The position numbers and the translations under genes were made by a program. A stretch of 64,000 nt of DNA from Podarcis liolepis. Lineage: Eukaryota. The notes beneath the pieces are model-generated. The model did no database searches, was not told the origin of the DNA, and saw nothing but the letters and a program-made list of their open reading frames with translations. The stretch lies in the NCBI GenBank assembly GCA_965112155.1, contig OZ218114.1; one strand, given 5' to 3'. Positions 22,547 to 36,200 of the stretch are shown here, piece after piece; the first letter of the stretch is position 1; the number at the start of each line of letters is the position of its first letter.

Positions 22547-25489
22547 TGATACTGCAAGTGAATTAAAAACTAAACACTTCCCTCTACTGTATTTCCAGGG
22601 TGGACCATCAAGCTTATTAATTTGGAAGACTTTTATTCTGCCTTTCAGTTTATCAAAATTCCTAAGGAAGCTTCTAAATGTAGAGCAAAAATACAAACAT
22701 CAAGGCGTATAAAAGCACAAAAATAAAGCATAAAATACAGAAAGGCAGCATAAAATTAAAATCCAAATCAATTTAAAGCACTAGATGAACTGCTTTTGCC
22801 CACACTGTTTGAAATCAAACCATGCAGGCAAAGGCACATCCAGAAAAGTACTAACACAGTCCCATAAACAGTGCTTCATAAGACCAGACAATCAGCTTAC
22901 TCTTGGGATTTGAAAGCCCATATGCACAGGACTGATCAGCTGTGCTTGCAAACCCGCTTTCGACTCAGCCCTGTTTTACCTGCCCCATATAGCTTGGCAT
23001 AAACACTGGAACATCTTTTTCTGTCTGTGTCCACCTTTGCCCTCCATCTCCCTTTAAGCTTTCTCCCCGTTTTTAATTATTTATAAAGCACTCACATTAT
23101 AAAATATCAGGATGGTGTACAAAAAACAAGGATAAGTATAAAATGTATACCAAGAATAATAAAGTTGATATGGATGACAACAGAAAAGTTCAGTCAGAAA
23201 AGGCTCGGGCAAATAGAAAGATTTTAAGCACACACCTAAAAGATTAGATTGTTGGGGTATACCATATCTTAACATATCCCACGTTAAAGGGACTGCCCAT
23301 AAGAGGAAAATATTCCATAATTTTGCTTGCCATTTGCCTTTTATCATAATTAACACTTCCTTTTTCTGGAAAAGTTCAGGCTTTGTCTCTATTATTTCTG
23401 CTCAGGTACCTTAGGGCACTCTGCTCACCAAACTAAGGTTCCTAATGTTATGCATGCTGTGCTTCTGTGGATTTGATAAACATGCTAGTTTCTAGGCCAG
23501 CTCTACTTGCTCAACAGCCTGTCCTCTGCCACAACAGAACCAGGGCTGCAAAAAACAGGTACCCCAAGCACTAGAGTAATCTCACCCATCATTAATATTC
23601 CAAAACAGCTTATGCCATGAATACAGAAAAGTACGGTAAGTTTTAGACAGACATGCAGACACAATTCCATGCAGTGTGTTCCAGTCAATAAATTCAGTTG
23701 TCATATTTTGCATCAGTTTATGTTTATGTGTAGTCTTCAAAGGCAGCTCCTAGAAGTGTTGCAGTAATCCAAGTTATATGTTACCAGGTCACAGACAATG
23801 GTTACCAGGTGCAGTAGGTGCATCAGCCCAAGTTGCTGAAAGGCTTGTGCTAGATGCCATCTGGGCTTCCAGCATAAGGCTGCATCTAACCAAGACATCC
23901 CCAAGATGCAAACTTTTACAGGAGGAATGGATGAGAAAAGGGAACACCCACCATGTGGTTGATTAGATGAACTGGCCCTCTTCTTATTACCATTAAGTAT
24001 ATTAGCATCTGTCTGGTCCATGGCAGACCGCAATTCCCCTGCTCATAACATCCTGTCTCACATGAATCCTATATGAAAAGGATAGAGCTGAGTGTAAACA
24101 GCATATTAGCGACTGCTCTTCTTCTTAAACAACAGAAAGAACGAAACACTCTTGTGGCACTCCATAGCATATATGCCATGGGGCAAAGTAAAAGTCCCCC
24201 AAGACAGCATGGGGAATCTGAGCTGAGGCCAAATGCAACCCTCCAAGCCTTTCTACCCAGCCCTCATGCTACTCTCCTAACTGGTTCAGCTCTGTACCCT
24301 TCTTAAGTGCTTTTGTGTGGCTGGAATGTGTCCCTGAACTGTGATAATGCCTTTTGCTAGCATGGATGGAAGGATGGGCAATTTGTGGCTGACTGCTGGA
24401 AGGTAGCCTCTTGTACAGATGTAAGAGTTACAGCTGTTGTTCTACACACTTTTTGCTTCCTGCTCTGGGCACCACTGATATGTCATCTCTGCAAAACAAT
24501 TGTCCATGAGCTGAAAAATGTCTCCCCCCACTTTTAAAAAAATTTCCTTGCTTCTTTTAAGGAGTTCCAAGAATAAATCTCATTCAGAAATTTAAAATCT
24601 GCTTTGACATGTGATAATTTCACTGCAGTGTTGCTAGACAGCACTACTGTAGTTTGCTGCCATTTTTGTGTCCTCTCACAGGGACTTTGGAACAAAAGGA
24701 TAAATTGTCTGGAAAAGTGAGCTAGTAGAGAGCAAAGTAGAATGAAGTTGAAATGGACAAGGCAGTACTCAGACTCCCTGCACAGATGTCGGACCACCTA
24801 AAATTATAAATGGGTTACAGAGTCCTGCAATTTCAAGGGTCCTTAACAAGAAGTCCTTTAAATGTCACCTCCTTTTAGCTAGGATCATCCCACTCTTTTT
24901 AGATTATAAATGATCTTAGATCCAATATTCAGCTGAAAGTCCTATGAGGTCCCCCAGCTACTTGCTTTTTAGAAGGGTTTATTCCTGGGACACAGTGAAG
25001 CAGCTTGCAGACATTTGCCCTGAGCAAGTGTGATAAGAGTATGGTCACATTTATCCCAGTTTTTCACAGCCCTCTGAAGGAGATCCCATATCTTACTTAA
25101 ACAGTATGACTTTCTAGAGCCTAAAAGGGCTTGGAAACCAGCAGGCAAAATCAATAAAGGAAAGTCCATCAAAATGGTTCTGATACAAGTCTGATGAAGT
25201 CAGCGGAGCTTTCCCTCTACTGAATTTAGGCCAAAGAATAATTAACAGAGATAACTTTACAATTGGGTAACTGCCGGCAATGGGCAGTCAGCCAAGCTGG
25301 AGGACTGGGCCAAGGACATTACATGGTTGCAAATGCTATTACGTACACTTTTTCAGAGTAAAATTTTTATCTAGTCACTTGTTACACCACTATCTAAGAC
25401 TGTGTTACAGGATACTTTACATTACATTTTATAATGAAGACAACTCTGTGTGAACAACTGCCTATTAGTGTCTCTTCCTAAGTAGAACA

Positions 25490-25848
25490 GGATCCCTAAG
25501 GATGTGCTTTAGGAGGAGCTTGCTTTCAGGCACTAGGTTGGCACTGGCAGACCAATTCTGCATTACAAAGACGTCTGCAAATGTGACATGAAGGCTGACA
25601 ACATTAACCTCGCCATATGGAAACCCTTGCAGACAACTGCAGTGCCTGGAGAGTGTCAGGTCATGAAACGCTGTGATGCATCTGCAGCAGCAAAACCAGA
25701 TGCCTTCATTTACCCCACCTGCAATAAAACATGTCTCTCTCGTATTGGTTTCCACAGCCACAACAGGTGCTGTAACTCTCCAACTGTTTGACTTTACCTC
25801 TGATGGTGAACTCTTTCATTGTCTCTTGAGACAGACGGATGCCAACAA
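25490..25848 (+). mobile_element. RTE-clade LINE 3' fragment (degenerate)
   Basis: Decayed ORF end ...YKDVCKCDMK...FIYPTCNKTCLSRIGFHSHNRC (RTE C-terminal Cys/His motif), followed by the typical 3' end GAGACAGACGGATGCCAACAA. Confidence 0.7.
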
Positions 25849-26389
25849 ATGGTGGTTTGTGTGTTTTCCTAATACGCTGTGCTGTATGTAATATTAATGT
25901 AGTATACGACGTAATGTATTTATGTATTTCTGTGTGCCATTGTCATACACACACATATATATTCCAACCTACATTCCTCAGAGACCCTTTGGGTTACAAG
26001 TGACTAGTAATGTTTAATTTAATAATTAATAAGGGGAGGGAGGCAATAGTTACGGTGGAGTTAACAGTTAGCCTGAGATAATTCTGTATACTTTAAGCGA
26101 ATGTCTGAATTTAAAAAGTTTGAGATTGGAGCATGGCGCTATATATTAGGAGCTGCACTCCCTTTATTCTTCATTTCCATATACAAGTTTGTATTTATGA
26201 AAACAAACAATCCAAATATTATCCAATTTCTTACCCCCTTTTCATCATGTGAACACAGGAAGTATGAAAACAATTTTAAAAAGTACAATGCTGAAATCAG
26301 TATTAAAAGAAATACAAACATATATATTGAGGTGCCAAAGGCTATTTGGCTAAAACAATAACGAATTTTAATGCCGCGTAATATAAAAC

Positions 26390-27330
26390 ACCTTCCCGTG
26401 TGACGTGGTCTAGGCAGAGATGGGGCTAAATCGAGAAACGGCAGGATCTTGAGTCTCGGGTGTTTGTGGAGGTGCCTGGCACGTACCCCATACGGAGCCA
26501 GACAGGAAAGGCAATTGAAGGTGCAGAGGCAGTCAAGAGACCGGACGGGTCCCCCGACCTCGGGCGGAGGCTATTCGCATTCCACTCCTTCCGCCTGTGG
26601 ACGGGTTCAGGGGAGCGCCGTGGCCCCATCCCTTCACCCTCCGAGAGGACAGCGGCGCGGCAGGGGTGACCCTTTAGTATAGATCCACACAACAAGGGAA
26701 GGAAAGGTCGCGAGGACGCAGGAAGAAACTTTTATCACGCTCGCTGCAGCGGCTCCCTCCCGCTCCCAAAGGCCTCCGGGCGCCCATCAACGTCGGCCCG
26801 GGCACCTTGGGCCCATACAATTCAAGGGCGCTTGCCCAAGCCGGACGTGGACCATTCGCCGCCGCCAACCCACCAACCGGCCGCGGTGGTTCCTCTGCAC
26901 CAGCCGCAGGAAAAGTGGGCTAACCTGATAGTGGCTCCTCAGCGACCCGCAGCTTGGAGCTCCGCCTTGCGGAAAGCATTCTCCTCGGCTATTGGGCAAG
27001 GGGCACGCCACTCTCCGGGCTCCTCCAATCCATATTGTCCGTGTCGACAGGTAAGAGCTTCCGGCCAATCCCTGCCTCTCGCGCGCAGTTTCCTATGGTA
27101 ACGCTTTCCTTTCTAAGGAGGGTCGCCATCCGTGTTTGGCCTCCTTTACCTGTTTTCCCGTCGGCCTCACTACCAAGCCAAGCTGCAGCGCACGCGCACT
27201 TCCCACTACTGAAAGACCGGCGGCCTTCCAAGTTTGAATCACTTTTCCCGCCAAAAAGTAACGACGAGAAGCGGCTGCGCCTTTTGAGGCAGCCAAAGGC
27301 TGTGCTGACAGCATTTTAAGTAGGAAGCAC
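26390..27330. promoter_or_regulatory. Intergenic CpG island, probable distal/ubiquitous promoter of SLC37A4
   Basis: CpG-rich. Minus-strand donor-like sites at about 26487 (GG/GTACGT) and about 26927 (CAG/GTTAGC) could splice to the strong acceptor preceding 21783. CCAAT boxes, X-box and E2F motifs present. Confidence 0.65.
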
Positions 27331-30263
27331 CTTGAGGAGAAGCTGAAGGGGGCCATAAATAAAATATAATAATAAAGAAACATAAAAATAAAAGAGTGCT
27401 GACTTTCTCCCCTTGGCCAGCGACTTCCACAGAGGAATGGTCACCAAGGCAACAGCCTCCCTGTCCCTCCTGTCAAAAACAAAACCCCAACTGAAGGCAT
27501 CAAGCACCACACTAAACAAGGCCCTGCCTTCATGCTAGGAGTATTTAAAGTTTAGGAAAAAACATCAAACACGCCCTTTTATATAGTGGGGGCTTAACAT
27601 GAGACAGGATTCCACACTAAAAAGAGGTTCAGGGACAAGAAAAAAAATCACACAAAATATGGTGGTCATCAGATGTTGTTGGACTGTCTTTGGGCTTAAG
27701 CCATTTGGGCTTAAAAGAATAGGGGCCTAACACCTGCAGGGCACCAGACTTGACTACCCAAGCTCTAGAATGCATCCACCAATATGGCGGGGAAGGAAGC
27801 AAGCAAGAGGGAAGAAAAAATGCACTTAGGCACCATGGCCAATTCTCACTGCCTACACAGAAGGCCTGGATGGGTTAGGGATTACCAAACAGGCAGCCCC
27901 TCACCTTTTAGAAATCCATCACTGCAGCAGGTAGTAGGTGGCACTTTAGGATCCATCTGTTTGAGAGGGTAGCCAGTGTAGGCTCCACCAATTTTCATTC
28001 TTCCATTTAAAAAGAGTGATTTTTTTTTTTAGAAAAGCAAGTTATTTTATTGAAACCATTTTCAAAAGGAGCAAATACATTTCAACTGAATGACTTAAAA
28101 TGTGATCACCACCCGCTTTCTCCTGTCCTCCCTCCAGAAAAAAAAGTTAACAGAACTGACCAACGAGCACCTGAACATTGATGTAAAACAAACAACCCCA
28201 GACTCCACAGCTAAATAAGTGCCAATATGGCAGAGGGAACTTGCACAATTTCTGCAGAGCACACAAAGGTGGCAGCATAAGGTACTCTCTTGCCTACTGG
28301 CTTTCTGGATTAGGCTTAGTTGGGTTTTAGGCAGCAGCAGAGGAATGGAAGAGGGAACATTCCTCCTTCACTCCCAAATTACATTCCCATGACAGAGAAA
28401 TTAAAACTTCTAAGCCTGCCCTGTTCAAAAGGGGGAAATTTTTAAGAAAAGACAGACACAGCACAAGACAAATTCAGGGAAATGTTTTTCAGGAAACCAA
28501 GATTTACATTCAAATTCCAATTACTTTATCAATGCTCACAGTAGAATGCACATTCTGCTCAAAACAGGTATGCAAAAACAGTTGCTTTGTTTTTAATAAG
28601 GTTTTAAACTCCATTTTCATCAAAATCCAAATATTCAATGCACATTTTAACAGAGGCAAAAACACCTGTGTGTGTGTATATATATACACAAAACTGGGAA
28701 AGATGGCAAGCTTAACTTCCAAGCACAAGTATAAAGCTTGTTGAAATTAAGAGGAAAGGGGGCATTACAATAGGCAGCACACAATTTAGTATTAATTTCT
28801 CACATTTGCCTTGTTCTAGGAGCCTGTAGCATTTGGCATACCACTTCTGCCTGAATACTAGAGAAATAATTCCTCAAAGCTGCAAGTTAAGACAAAGACG
28901 TCTTGAAATTAATTCAAGAGAAGAACACATTTCCAAATTGATTTTAGGGACTAGGAGGCAGTGCTTAGGAATGAGTTGCTGAGCAATGATGTTAAAGAAA
29001 ACAGGGTCTCAGCATGGTCTACATATGATATTCCTTTGAACAGTTTGGACGTTGTGTGTAGAGGGGAAAACTGAAGTAAAAACGGCTGGATGAAGTTTTT
29101 CCTCTACTTTGTGACATCTTTACATATTCTAGTTTATGTGCAGTTGGACTGATTTGTACTTCTGAAAACTGAAGTATCACAATTATTTGTCCTATAGCCA
29201 AAGCTGTCCCTACTACACTACTAGGTGGCCAAAGTGGAAAGTTCAGCTGCCAGTAGGGTGACTGAGCTAGTAAATAAAAGGTGCACACACACAAAAATGT
29301 GCATTCACCACCCAAGACAGCAAGCTTTGTAAGCCAGCTTCCCAAATCACCATATAACATCAGCAGTATTAGGAAATGGCAAGACTAAGAACAGTGCCCA
29401 GTGTTGCTGGGAAGGCAATTAGAAAGCAAATCTACAAACTTGAGGAGCAAATAAAATAGGTAAAGAAAACCTGTACCTTTCTGGGATAGATCAGACTTCC
29501 TGCTTTATTACAACAGCATAGTTTCATGGGCCTCTTAGAAAATGACTGGCATTAGGGAGTTTTGCTAAAGGCAGTAACTGATAATAAGAATCAGGGATGC
29601 GTGTCTCATCAGTGGCCATCCCTGCTATGCTACAGCTGTCTGATAAATACTTCTGAAAGCAGAGTCGTATAGTTATCTGTTTGAGCATTTTGGTTTTCCT
29701 TCCATGCATTGTCAACTTCTTTTACTCTCCACTCCTGTTTCATCCATTTCAGTTGCACAGACACCCCCAAAAGAGAAAACTGTCCATCAACAGCCAAGAG
29801 TAAGAATATAAAGGGACTTGCTCATTCAAACCTAGTTGATGAACCATAACATGATGAGGCTGAAGCAGAAGGTTCCAATTTGATATTTCCAGTTGCAGAC
29901 AAATAATGTTTCCAGAAGGTGAAGCATAGCCCAAAAAACTGCTGATGCCAACTGTCATTTCCTAGAACAGTTTCAGGTAGATTTAAATCTACTGGTTAGA
30001 AGTGCAATTCAGGGGACAGTGCTGTGGAAAACACAGCAAGAGTGCCCAGTGAGCTCAAAGTCATTTTTAAAGAAAGGAAGAGACAAGACAACACACCAAA
30101 ATCAGCAACAAATAAATCCCCAACAGAAAGAAAAAAAAATGTACAGCTCTATTGCATTTTGTTGTCAGTCTGTGCCATGTTCCACTAACCAGGTCCATCA
30201 TAAAAACAATGGAGTTAACTGTAAATAAATAGGTGTTGGTGCAAGGGGGGGTTTAAGGAACTG

Positions 30264-33200
30264 TTATAATTCATCATTGGTTCTGGTGTCTTCCCTTGTT
30301 TCCGACCTCTTGTCAGTTTGTGGCCCTGAAAAGAGCAAGAGCAGAAAAACCGTAATGAATCAAAACTGTGCAGCATGGACAACAACTTTCCAAATCAAGA
30401 TAGTACCAGGGAAACATGTTCAGATACACAAAGAGTAAGAAAAATTTCTGCAACAGCAACAGGGTAGCAGGGTTAGAAAGCAAGAGCAGGCAGATAAAGC
30501 CATGGCTTGAGACTCAAACGTATTAGCGGATGGAAGAGCATTTAGAATTGAAAAGTAAAGGGTTGCTACCTCTACAAATCCCAACCCTAACCCTCGACGG
30601 TTCCAAAGGAATTTAGTTCTTCAAGATTCCCAGTGCCAACCCTTGTGCAGTGCAGGGATGAGGTAAATAGGAAGTAAGAAAAGGGTAATTGGGGAAAAAA
30701 ATACATTGCCATCCTTGAGATGCATGCTGCATAAAAATTCAATCTGTTTTGTGGCACTTTAAACCCACACATTTGTGCCACTTAAATTCCCTAGAGAAAT
30801 TGGAGTTCTTGTTGACACTGCACTGAAAAGGATATATCAAGAACTCTGGCCAAAAGTTTCAATATAAGGAATAATTCCTACTCAAGCGTTAAAATGAAAA
30901 ACGTGTATATTCTGCTAAGAATAACAGTTTGAAGCTAGTGATAAGTTTAAACACAACGTGTAAGTACAATGGTTTTAAAGTAATAGTAAGTTTGGATACA
31001 ACGTTTAAGTACAGAAATAATGTAGTTTCAAATATACAGTGATATAGTACAAGGGTACATGAAATACCAGTGCACAACAATTGTTTTATACAAGTCTCAA
31101 TAGTAGTCAAAAAGAGTCCACATTATATAAAATCAGAATAAAGAATAAAGAGTAAAGGATCAAATAGGGCCAAAAAGGAGTATCCGAAGTGTGAATCAGA
31201 TGTACGACTCAGTAGTAGTAACCAGGACAGGGCCCTGTTTCGGAGACACGCCTTCTTCAGCTTGGTTTTTTTGACGACTATAAATCTGTTGGAAGTCTGT
31301 ATCATTTAATTCTTTTATGTTTCTTTTTCGACATGCGTCTTAGATAATTGCATCCAAGTTTTCTTGCGTTTCTCTGTGCGTTTTGTACTATATCACTGTA
31401 TATTTGAAACTACATTATTTCTGTACTTAAACGTTGTATCCAAACTTACTATTACTTTAAAACCATTGTACTTACACGTTGTGTTTAAACTTATCACTAG
31501 CTTTAAACTGTTATTCTTAGCAGAATATACACGTTTTTCATTTTAACTCTTGAGTAGGAATTATTCCTTATATTGAAACTTTTGGCCAGAGTTCTTGATA
31601 TATCCTTTTCAGTACTTAAATTCCCTACACATGCTCTTGAGGCCCCTTCCTCCATCAGGACTGTTGAGATCACTTGGGGAGGAGCTTTTGCCAGGAGCAC
31701 CCTTCCCCTGGGTTGGCAGGGCAAGGAGGAGAGAGCAAGCCTTGTCTGGGAATAGCTCATCCCTCTGTATTACTGTCTTTTCTCCTCCCTCCCTGAATGT
31801 TGGAAATGCTCTTGGTGCCCCTTGAGCAACACAGTGCCCAGTGTCTTTTCTGAAAGCAGCCACGTCTCCCCCTGTCTTGCAGCCAATTCCCAGGGTGGCA
31901 TGGAGTTTCCCAGCATCAACTGTATGAATTGACTACGGCTATTAAAATAGTAATTTGGATAACTTGTTTCCTTACATTGTTTCACATTGTGAATTTGAGG
32001 CCCACAATAGCATGGCTCCAGAATAAAAGGTTCCTGAATTCCCACTATGATGTGGAGAACCCAAGAAAAAGCAATCACATGGCCTAGGGAACTCCAATGC
32101 TCTCAGCCCAATATTTCCTTATCAGAGTTCTGCTCAGTGATCGAAATAAATCGATTCATTCCTTACCAGAGTCTGGTCCCAATTCATCATCCAGTGGTGC
32201 TTTTTCTTCTATGGGTGGTTCTTTGACTGGGCTAGCATCTTCTGGTTTATCTGGTTGGAAGGAGAAAAAAAGGTATCCATAGTTGCAGAGGTATGTGCAA
32301 TGACCAAACTGGATGCACACCACATCACCCAAGAGAAATTTCATGGAGCAACCAACCAAAGGCTAGAAGAGGCAGCAAAGACTGAGGACCCTCTTTTACA
32401 CCAAGCAGTCTTCCACAGGGCTAGTTTCAAACACCAGGGAATATGAAGAGGGGAATTAGAAGACTACTGATGCTGCTGTGAGACCATCTCACCTTTTTGA
32501 TTCTCATCCTTGGGAGGAATGACTTTTTCACCCTCAGGAGGCACAGTGGTGTTCTTGCCCGCTTCTGTTTTTGTGGTGTTCTTCTTGGGGGGCCTGATCT
32601 TTGAAAACTTGGCTTTGTTGAGGAGGTATTGCACTTCCCTGTCCAGAGCTGCAATCTTCAGCTCAATGTCTTTGGAAAGCAGAATAGGCTTCTCGGCGGG
32701 TGACAGCTTGGTCTGTTCTGCCAGGGTCTCATTCTTCCACAACTAAAACAAACAAACCCAGGAAAACATATTATCCTTAGGCTCCACCTGATAAGACCAG
32801 CCTTGTTTGGTGCTGTTCATTACCAAGTGCCAATGGCCTTCTGACCTGACACAACTCCACTACTCAGTGCATAATCACTGCTTAAAAGCTCCATCTGGCC
32901 TCTGCTGAGCCCTATTTCTACAACCATCCATTCATTCGTTCATACCCCCCCACTCCATAAAGTGAGCACAAGTTGTGGGCTTACTGTATTTTGGCAGGAT
33001 TCTTAGGTTTACCTGTGAACTGAATCACAACATTCTAAGTAAAAAGAACAAAAAGGGTATCTTTTGGAGCCTAGAGCAGAAGGGACAAGACGTGCACATC
33101 CATGAACGCACATAGTTTGGATACTGAAAAGATTTTCTGCACTCCTTGCGACCCTTCTTACCGTTGTCTCGTTGATAACTTTTTCCAAGGTGCTTAGCTC

Positions 33201-36200
33201 CACCTCTGTGAATAACTGATCAGCCTCTGGGATCATGCGAGCTCCCCTGAAAAAAATGAATGAGAAATATGTCTCCCTCTTGCCCTGAAGCAGTTTTCAC
33301 ACTATATTAAAGCTCTCTAGTTGGTGTAACTGGCTCCTGTGCAGCCAACAACAACTGCTAAAGACAACACCTTCAGCTTTACTATTCTAGGAAAAGTGAC
33401 AACTGGGACACAGGATGCAGTACAGAAATATCTAGGCTAGAACATTTCTAGCTAATTTCAGCTGCTAAGTTTGACAACCATGTTAACAAGTGAGATGGAC
33501 AACAGGTGAAACTTCGGGAGATGGTTACAAAGCGGGATTTTCCCCCCAGTGACCATGAGTGCCAATTTATTTTGTCTCAAACAATTTTCCTTTCTATTTG
33601 GTGACAAAGACATGGAATCAGCAACTCCGAAGTTCTACATAAAAATATATATTGCTCAAGGAAAGGAAAAAAAACCCAGTATGTATGACAACGGCAAAAT
33701 ACCAGCCCTCCGTAAGAAAAGCAAACTCCACCACACCCTTACAGCAGCATGCACATGTGTAATTATCTTGGTCCTTGATATACACCCTTACTTCCTTTCA
33801 AGGTAGCAGAGATTTGGAAACCAACTCTCATGGGTAAGAATTTAGCGTTCCATGCTAAGAAACTCAACTTCTCACAAATGGAGACCATTTTCATATGTAA
33901 CTTTTAGCAAGAGGACACTACAGCACTGGAACCTGTTGCTATTCCTCCATGAGTTCCACTATCAGCTTGAGAACAACCCTTATTAAAATAAAACTGTTGT
34001 GTGGTACAACCAAAAATGGTTTCACTGAAAGTGAGCTGCTTCTTTGTCTCCTGGTTGCCTTGCTGAGATTTAAACAGCTGCATTGCACAGCTCCCCATGC
34101 ACACCCTTTGGTTCCAGAGAGTGCTGATCTCAGCTGCTAGTGTAAGTAAGGCAATCCCCTATGCCCCAACCCAAGTCCCCTCCTCTCCTACTAAAGACGT
34201 CTTGGTTGCTCATACTTGAGGAAAATATTGGAGTGATTGAGTAAGCTTTCCAGGGTAGCTAGACGGTCTGGCCACTTCCTTCTCTCCTCCACACGGAAGA
34301 AAAGGCTTCGACACAGCTTCTTCAGTTCAGAGAGCCTCTCTTTCAGCTCCTGTGAATTGGAATAGAAGTTAAAAAACTAAAATTCTGCCTTGGACACATA
34401 TATTATCTTGCAAAGATTACTGATGGTTTGGAAATTCAGGAAGAAGGGGTTAAACATCCACAATCTGAGCCTGCCTGGAGACCCACTAGAACTCTGCCCT
34501 GGAGGCTCCACAGTGACAGCCAAGCTATTATTAGGGCATCCAGTTCCCAGGGAGTTCAAATCCACGTCCCAAAGTTAAGAGGACACACAAGCCAAGTGTG
34601 ACACTTGCAGGTTGGTCAGACATGCAGACCACGGGAATCCCACACAATGTTTGCAGCTATGAATGACAAAGTACTTTGCCATTGCCCAGAAGGCAGTGCA
34701 ATCAAGGAAGTTTAAAGTTGTTCTCATCAACCATAGCAAGTCACCTTCTTCTGTTTCTCCGATTCTGACAAAATATACTGGCTAAAATTTCCAAAACGCT
34801 TTTGGCAAGGAAAAGACACTTCTGTAGTCCAGATAACCCACATGAAACACACTCTGAGAATCTTCAAACTCTAGCCTAACAATACAGAGAAGTTTCCCCT
34901 GAAAAAGATATTAGCAGTTCAAAGTGGTGCCCCAACCTTAGTTGTGGCTGTATAGCCTTCCTCTTCCATCCAGTTGGAAGCTTCGCTCAGCTTCTTGGAA
35001 ATTTCCTCTCGCTCTTCTTCTGTTGAAACAAACTTATACTCCTCCTGTTGTAGCTTATCCTGGTAAAAGACACACACACACACAAAATCAATCTCTCTGA
35101 AGTTCTTGTCACTTAAGGGAACATTCACCAAACAGGAGTCTTAGGCTCTGTTCGCTTGTCCTCCTGACAGAAATTTAATCAAAGGCGACACAGCAGCCTC
35201 CCTGACCTATTCCAAATTTTCTTACAGCTCAAGTTGCAATAGTGCTGCAACTTTACACAAAAGACAAGACACACATCAGTTAATCGGCAGCAGAGAAATA
35301 ATTTTATGGGGGTGGGATCATCGGCAACAAGATGAACCCGCTAAATGCCCTCTGATCCTTTTTCCCGGGACCTACCTGAGTCTCAAAGATGAAGGCCTCA
35401 AGGCCATTGGCTGACTTTTCCCTCTCATGCTTTGCTATGTCTCTTTCAGTCAATTCTTGCAACCTGATGTTAGAAAAAGGTGGGAAGAACAAAGTACCCA
35501 AGGTCACAACCTTCTCTGAATGGGAGAAGACAAAAAGCATCCCCATGCACTGACAGCAAGCAGTCTCATCCCAGCCCACAGCTGGGGGGCAGAGGCAGCC
35601 CTGAAGATCCACCTACTTCTTAATTGAGTCCTGCAATTCTTCTGGCAGCAACTCTGGCACATCATTCACATCCAGCTCCACTGCAATCTCTTCCACCAGC
35701 TTTTGTTTCTTTGGCGGCTTCAGCTTTTTCTCCTCCTCCTCAGCTGCTTTGGCACCATTGCCCTCGGGGCTCTTTGTAGGCTCCTCATCCTTCCCAGTAT
35801 CCGTCTTTTCTTGGGCTTCCTAGATGGGAGCAATTCCATGACTAACAGGGGGCTGTTTTCAGCCACCAGCTAGAGCCAACATTTGACAGGTTTGCTTTAA
35901 TTTTAGATTTAAGTTGGGCCGGCCCTGCCATTAGGAAGAGAGGCAACTACCTCAAGTGCTAACTTCTGGGAACAGCTACCTACCAACCCCATTCCTTCCG
36001 AGTTCCCTGGCCATATCTTTCTGTTGTAAGATCTGTACCTGCATAACTACTGTTGCTCTCAGGGTTGGTGGAGGGCATTATTCCACTGGCAACGATGAAA
36101 TAAAAAAAATCAACTGCTGGTCCAGTCAGAGTTTGTATGTAGAAATTGTTGTTGGTGGAAATTTGTTGCTTCAGGTAGCAAAAGGTTTTGTAATGGCCCT

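Noticed and set aside
23737-23960. ORF fragments with LDYCN-like motifs (also about 44600-44880; related remnant about 5610-5870)
   Set aside because: Highly decayed L2/CR1-group LINE remnants with unclear boundaries; not host genes.
30826-30835. ATATCCTTTT (U12 donor consensus) on the HYOU1 sense strand
   Set aside because: It lies within the transposon arm, is predicted to be paired in the stem, and has no matching U12 branch point or acceptor.
30889-31546. Two ORFs with identical translations on opposite strands (30889-31110 and 31364-31546)
   Set aside because: By-product of the inverted repeat arms; no recognisable protein.
30822-31613. Foldback DNA transposon or MITE interpretation of the inverted repeat
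   Set aside because: One arm is offset 28 nt from the TSD, the TSD is 14 bp, and the spacer has a PLE-type hammerhead; a Penelope-like origin fits better.
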